From assembly GCA_965223475.1 (NCBI GenBank), contig OZ244998.1, positions 2,054,553-2,118,552 on the forward strand: 64,000 bases of DNA. The letters run 5' to 3'. Position numbers and translations under genes: made by a program. Shown piece after piece: positions 62,401 through 64,000 of this stretch (positions within the stretch are counted from its first letter, which is position 1; the number at the start of each line of letters is the position of its first letter). The notes beneath the pieces are model-generated. The model saw only the letters and a list, made by a program, of their open reading frames with translations, was not told where the DNA came from and did not search any database. Source of the stretch: Halioglobus sp. (GTDB taxonomy: Bacteria > Pseudomonadota > Gammaproteobacteria > Pseudomonadales > Halieaceae).

Positions 62401-63651
62401 GAGGGAATACAAACCCGGTACCCCCTTAAACGAATCGACTCGAACGTTTTCAAACTCAGTGGCAGCCGCCCATCGCGCAGTGGGCTGGCGCATATCGGCC
62501 ACCTCTAGCTGTAAAGCCGAGAGTTCACCGTTCATTGCGAGTGTTGCAAACAACTCACACCACTTCGGTGGCAGCGCATGCAGAGCAGTAAGCGATGCGG
62601 AAACATCTTCTAGGGAGAGACTGGGAATTCGCGCGCGCACCCTATTTCCCCAAGCATCCAACTGTAAGCGCGGCAGCACCAAGGTTGCGGCCTCCTGCTC
62701 GACCACGAAGTCTGAGGCGAACAGTGACCAGTGCTCCGCATCGCGCTGCACCTGTGCACGTACACTCATGGACTGAATCGGGATATGCCAATCGGCATCG
62801 GCAGAGGATAAAGTCAGTTCACGGCCCTGGAAACTCGCACTCACCTTCGGTTCGCCACGATCCCAAGACAACCACCACTGCATATCCAGAGCACCCTGCG
62901 GCCAGAGAGGTGGTGCGCCGCTGGCCAGTAGAGCCTGTACCGCGCCGAAGTCGACCGCATCGATATTTACAAACAGATCCCCGGTAAAATACTGGGGGGT
63001 GAACGGGTTTCCTAACCCTGTCGCGGAGAGGGAGATAGAAGTACCCTCTGTCGAGGTCAAGTCAGCATTCATCCAGCGGCGACTACCGCTGCGTTTGAGT
63101 TGTAAATCTAAATCCAGACTGCGCTCTTCACCATTGGGCATAGTCAGTCGCAGTGTGTTGTTTTTTAGTGTCACCGCACGCAAATTGCGCAGCATTTCCC
63201 TTAGCCAGACACCTGAAGACCCACCGGCCCGCCCGAACTCAAAGCCCGTGAGTGAAAATTTTCCCTGTGGAGAGAGAGCACCGCGCAGAGTTAAATCCTG
63301 TATCGACAGCCGCGCGAGTTGCAGCGAACGGGTACGCAAACTATTAAACACGTCCACCGCGACACGGCCCTTGGCAAGCTCTAACGGCGCAATATCGGCG
63401 TCGGGAAAGGCGAGGCGCAGCTCAGTAAAGGCGATGGTGGGGGCAAAGGGATTCCACTCACCGTGAAGCTCTTGCGCATCGACATCGAAGGGTAAGCGCA
63501 GATTCAACTCTTGCAGCAAGGGTTCGCGATAGGTATGCAGGTTAGCCAAAACCAAACGCCCAACGCTCACGTATACGGCCAGCAATACCAGGAGCACGAC
63601 CAAGCCAGTCCAGAGTATTCGACCTAATCTGTGGTAGTGAGAGTGTTCCAA
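59488..63651 (-). CDS. yhdP: AsmA-like intermembrane phospholipid bridge YhdP
   Basis: 1387 aa, N-terminal TM, GIPFDSVDG, LPWIAAL, Y.IEGTWDNP; downstream of rng. Confidence 0.9.
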   Translation of the reverse strand: MEHSHYHRLGRILWTGLVVLLVLLAVYVSVGRLVLANLHTYREPLLQELNLRLPFDVDAQELHGEWNPFAPTIAFTELRLAFPDADIAPLELAKGRVAVDVFNSLRTRSLQLARLSIQDLTLRGALSPQGKFSLTGFEFGRAGGSSGVWLREMLRNLRAVTLKNNTLRLTMPNGEERSLDLDLQLKRSGSRRWMNADLTSTEGTSISLSATGLGNPFTPQYFTGDLFVNIDAVDFGAVQALLASGAPPLWPQGALDMQWWLSWDRGEPKVSASFQGRELTLSSADADWHIPIQSMSVRAQVQRDAEHWSLFASDFVVEQEAATLVLPRLQLDAWGNRVRARIPSLSLEDVSASLTALHALPPKWCELFATLAMNGELSALQLEVADMRQPTARWAAATEFENVRVDSFKGVPGLYSLDGYARFSEGGGYVALDSDDVALSFPTVFEKPLQYAEVFGRLDVAWGGDTVALHSGLLTARAPEGEAKALFALDIPKRPTEQGVSMELLVGLEDTATSVKDKYLPYILDANLLDWLHRSIGEGVIDQGAFLWRGSLQKGAAEHRTVQLAFNVADTYLDYHPRWPAVTLDEGVVHIDDTAVTVWADRARLYDSRVRNVSVQTWVDAKQDLLLAVHGDIAGTAADGLRVLNESALNEVVDSTFNQWRAEGSLQAELDLLINLKDKRVKPDVAVTAQLQDVDLHIVPGNITLDSAEGTFSFSSRTGFSSESLRAQLWGEAVDVAIEQTHAGRGEYVPKQTQIAINARTRVALQDLWAWLPVDGSQYATGRTAASLSVQLPPGGPPQLLISSQLEGVQLELPSPWHKAPGEKRNLRIAMPFGKDAGPLRASLGSDLELALALGDGNLQGASLGVNAMPATVELGKVRIEGSTPIVHSDEWLSVVQSVMGQEDTAQTKEWVGASSAESAASNSTASSAAVPSTLNITMEQFRIGSLLYGERDLGEVVLGMAIAKGQCEVRVQAPFLRGTVTMGDNSDVVGLHVEQLDIDGLSRAFAAPVIESAGDSTNRTAGDSLDLELPTLAVDIANLTRGEERLGNLSFELVTGAQRITAENIVGTLIDLQFGEDEPARLSWVRGPTSATDFSGTVEFEDLGKTLGHLGYQRILQTKQGRFDMKLRWPGSPTDFSMATGQGSIEVAIGAGSFLEAPAAASGALRVVSILNLVDIVRRLSLTHMFESGIPFDSVDGEVYLHDGTVEVSRLDFAGGSRFQFTGVSDVATKRVAAELVATLPVASNLPWIAALAVSPPVAAGVFVASKIFDKQVNKLSSAVYGIEGTWDNPEVGFKRIFDDKSQGVSKLAQSKGMTEGAKTAQSSADDSEEDAAVPPAVIDTQAAEPKVSEPKVSEPKVSEPKVSEPKVFEPRPESIGAELKTESGG
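59535..59618. repeat. 15-bp coding VNTR (EPKVS repeats) in yhdP C-terminal tail
   Basis: TAGGTTCGGAAACTT x4 identical, one single-mismatch copy (59535) and a partial copy. Confidence 0.95.
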
Positions 63652-63731
63652 GCGCCCGATCCCACGGCAAACTTATATCCTAACAGTTACACAGCTAGGT
63701 AAAGTCCAAACAGTGCCAAAAAGCAGAGTAT

Positions 63732-64000
63732 TTAGAGCAGGATAATATCGAAGTGTTCCTGGTTATAGCTTGGCTCGGCGCGAAAACTGATAGTCTTGCC
63801 AACGGTTTCTTCAAGATCTGCCAAATTGGCGGACTCCTCGTCCAACAAACGATCGACCACCGCTTGAGAGGCCAACACCATGAGCGTGTCATTTTCATAC
63901 ACTCGAGCGTCGCGCATGATTTCTCGAAAAATGTCGTAACACACGGTTTCGGCGGTTTTCTGGACACCCCGACCATCACACTGCGGGCAGGCTTCGCACA
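63732..64000 (-). CDS. rng: Ribonuclease G (3' end; runs off window)
   Basis: C..CDGRG.QKTAETVCYDIFREI, LLDEES, Y.QEHFDIILL. Confidence 0.93.
   Translation of the reverse strand, partial: CEACPQCDGRGVQKTAETVCYDIFREIMRDARVYENDTLMVLASQAVVDRLLDEESANLADLEETVGKTISFRAEPSYNQEHFDIILL

Overview
This is a core-chromosome window from a gammaproteobacterium; protein style and gene order suggest a marine Cellvibrionales/Halieaceae-like organism (inference). It follows the gene order known from Pseudomonas. In order: pilB-pilC-pilD-coaE, mutT-argJ-secA-M23 peptidase, the full dcw cluster (mraZ to ftsZ, lpxC), rnpB-rsmI-lpoA-yraN-SIS-BON, sspAB, petA plus a cytochrome b-c1 fusion, rplM-rpsI, zapE-zapG, Nif3, degS, hisDG, bolA, mlaC, yrbG-kdsD-kdsC-lptA-lptB-rpoN-hpf-ptsN-rapZ-npr-mgtE-yjgA, yhdP and rng. 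The only clear mobile element is an intact IS21-family element (28983-31580) with a perfect 6-bp target duplication. I found no CRISPR array, prophage, defence system or clearly new multi-gene system. The main signals are: (1) cell-envelope anomalies (lptC missing from its operon, mlaFEDB missing around an orphan mlaC, a drifted LpxC, a GmhA-like protein lacking catalytic motifs, murA missing); (2) other genes absent from otherwise syntenic blocks (dciA, hisC, pmbA/tldD); (3) short tandem duplications at gene boundaries, one creating a 19-codon mini-ORF that overlaps both ftsL and ftsI; (4) an antisense sigma-54 site beside the rpoN promoter; (5) a small secreted-protein ORF or remnant beside rnpB. 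All absences apply only to this window; the genes may lie elsewhere in the genome.
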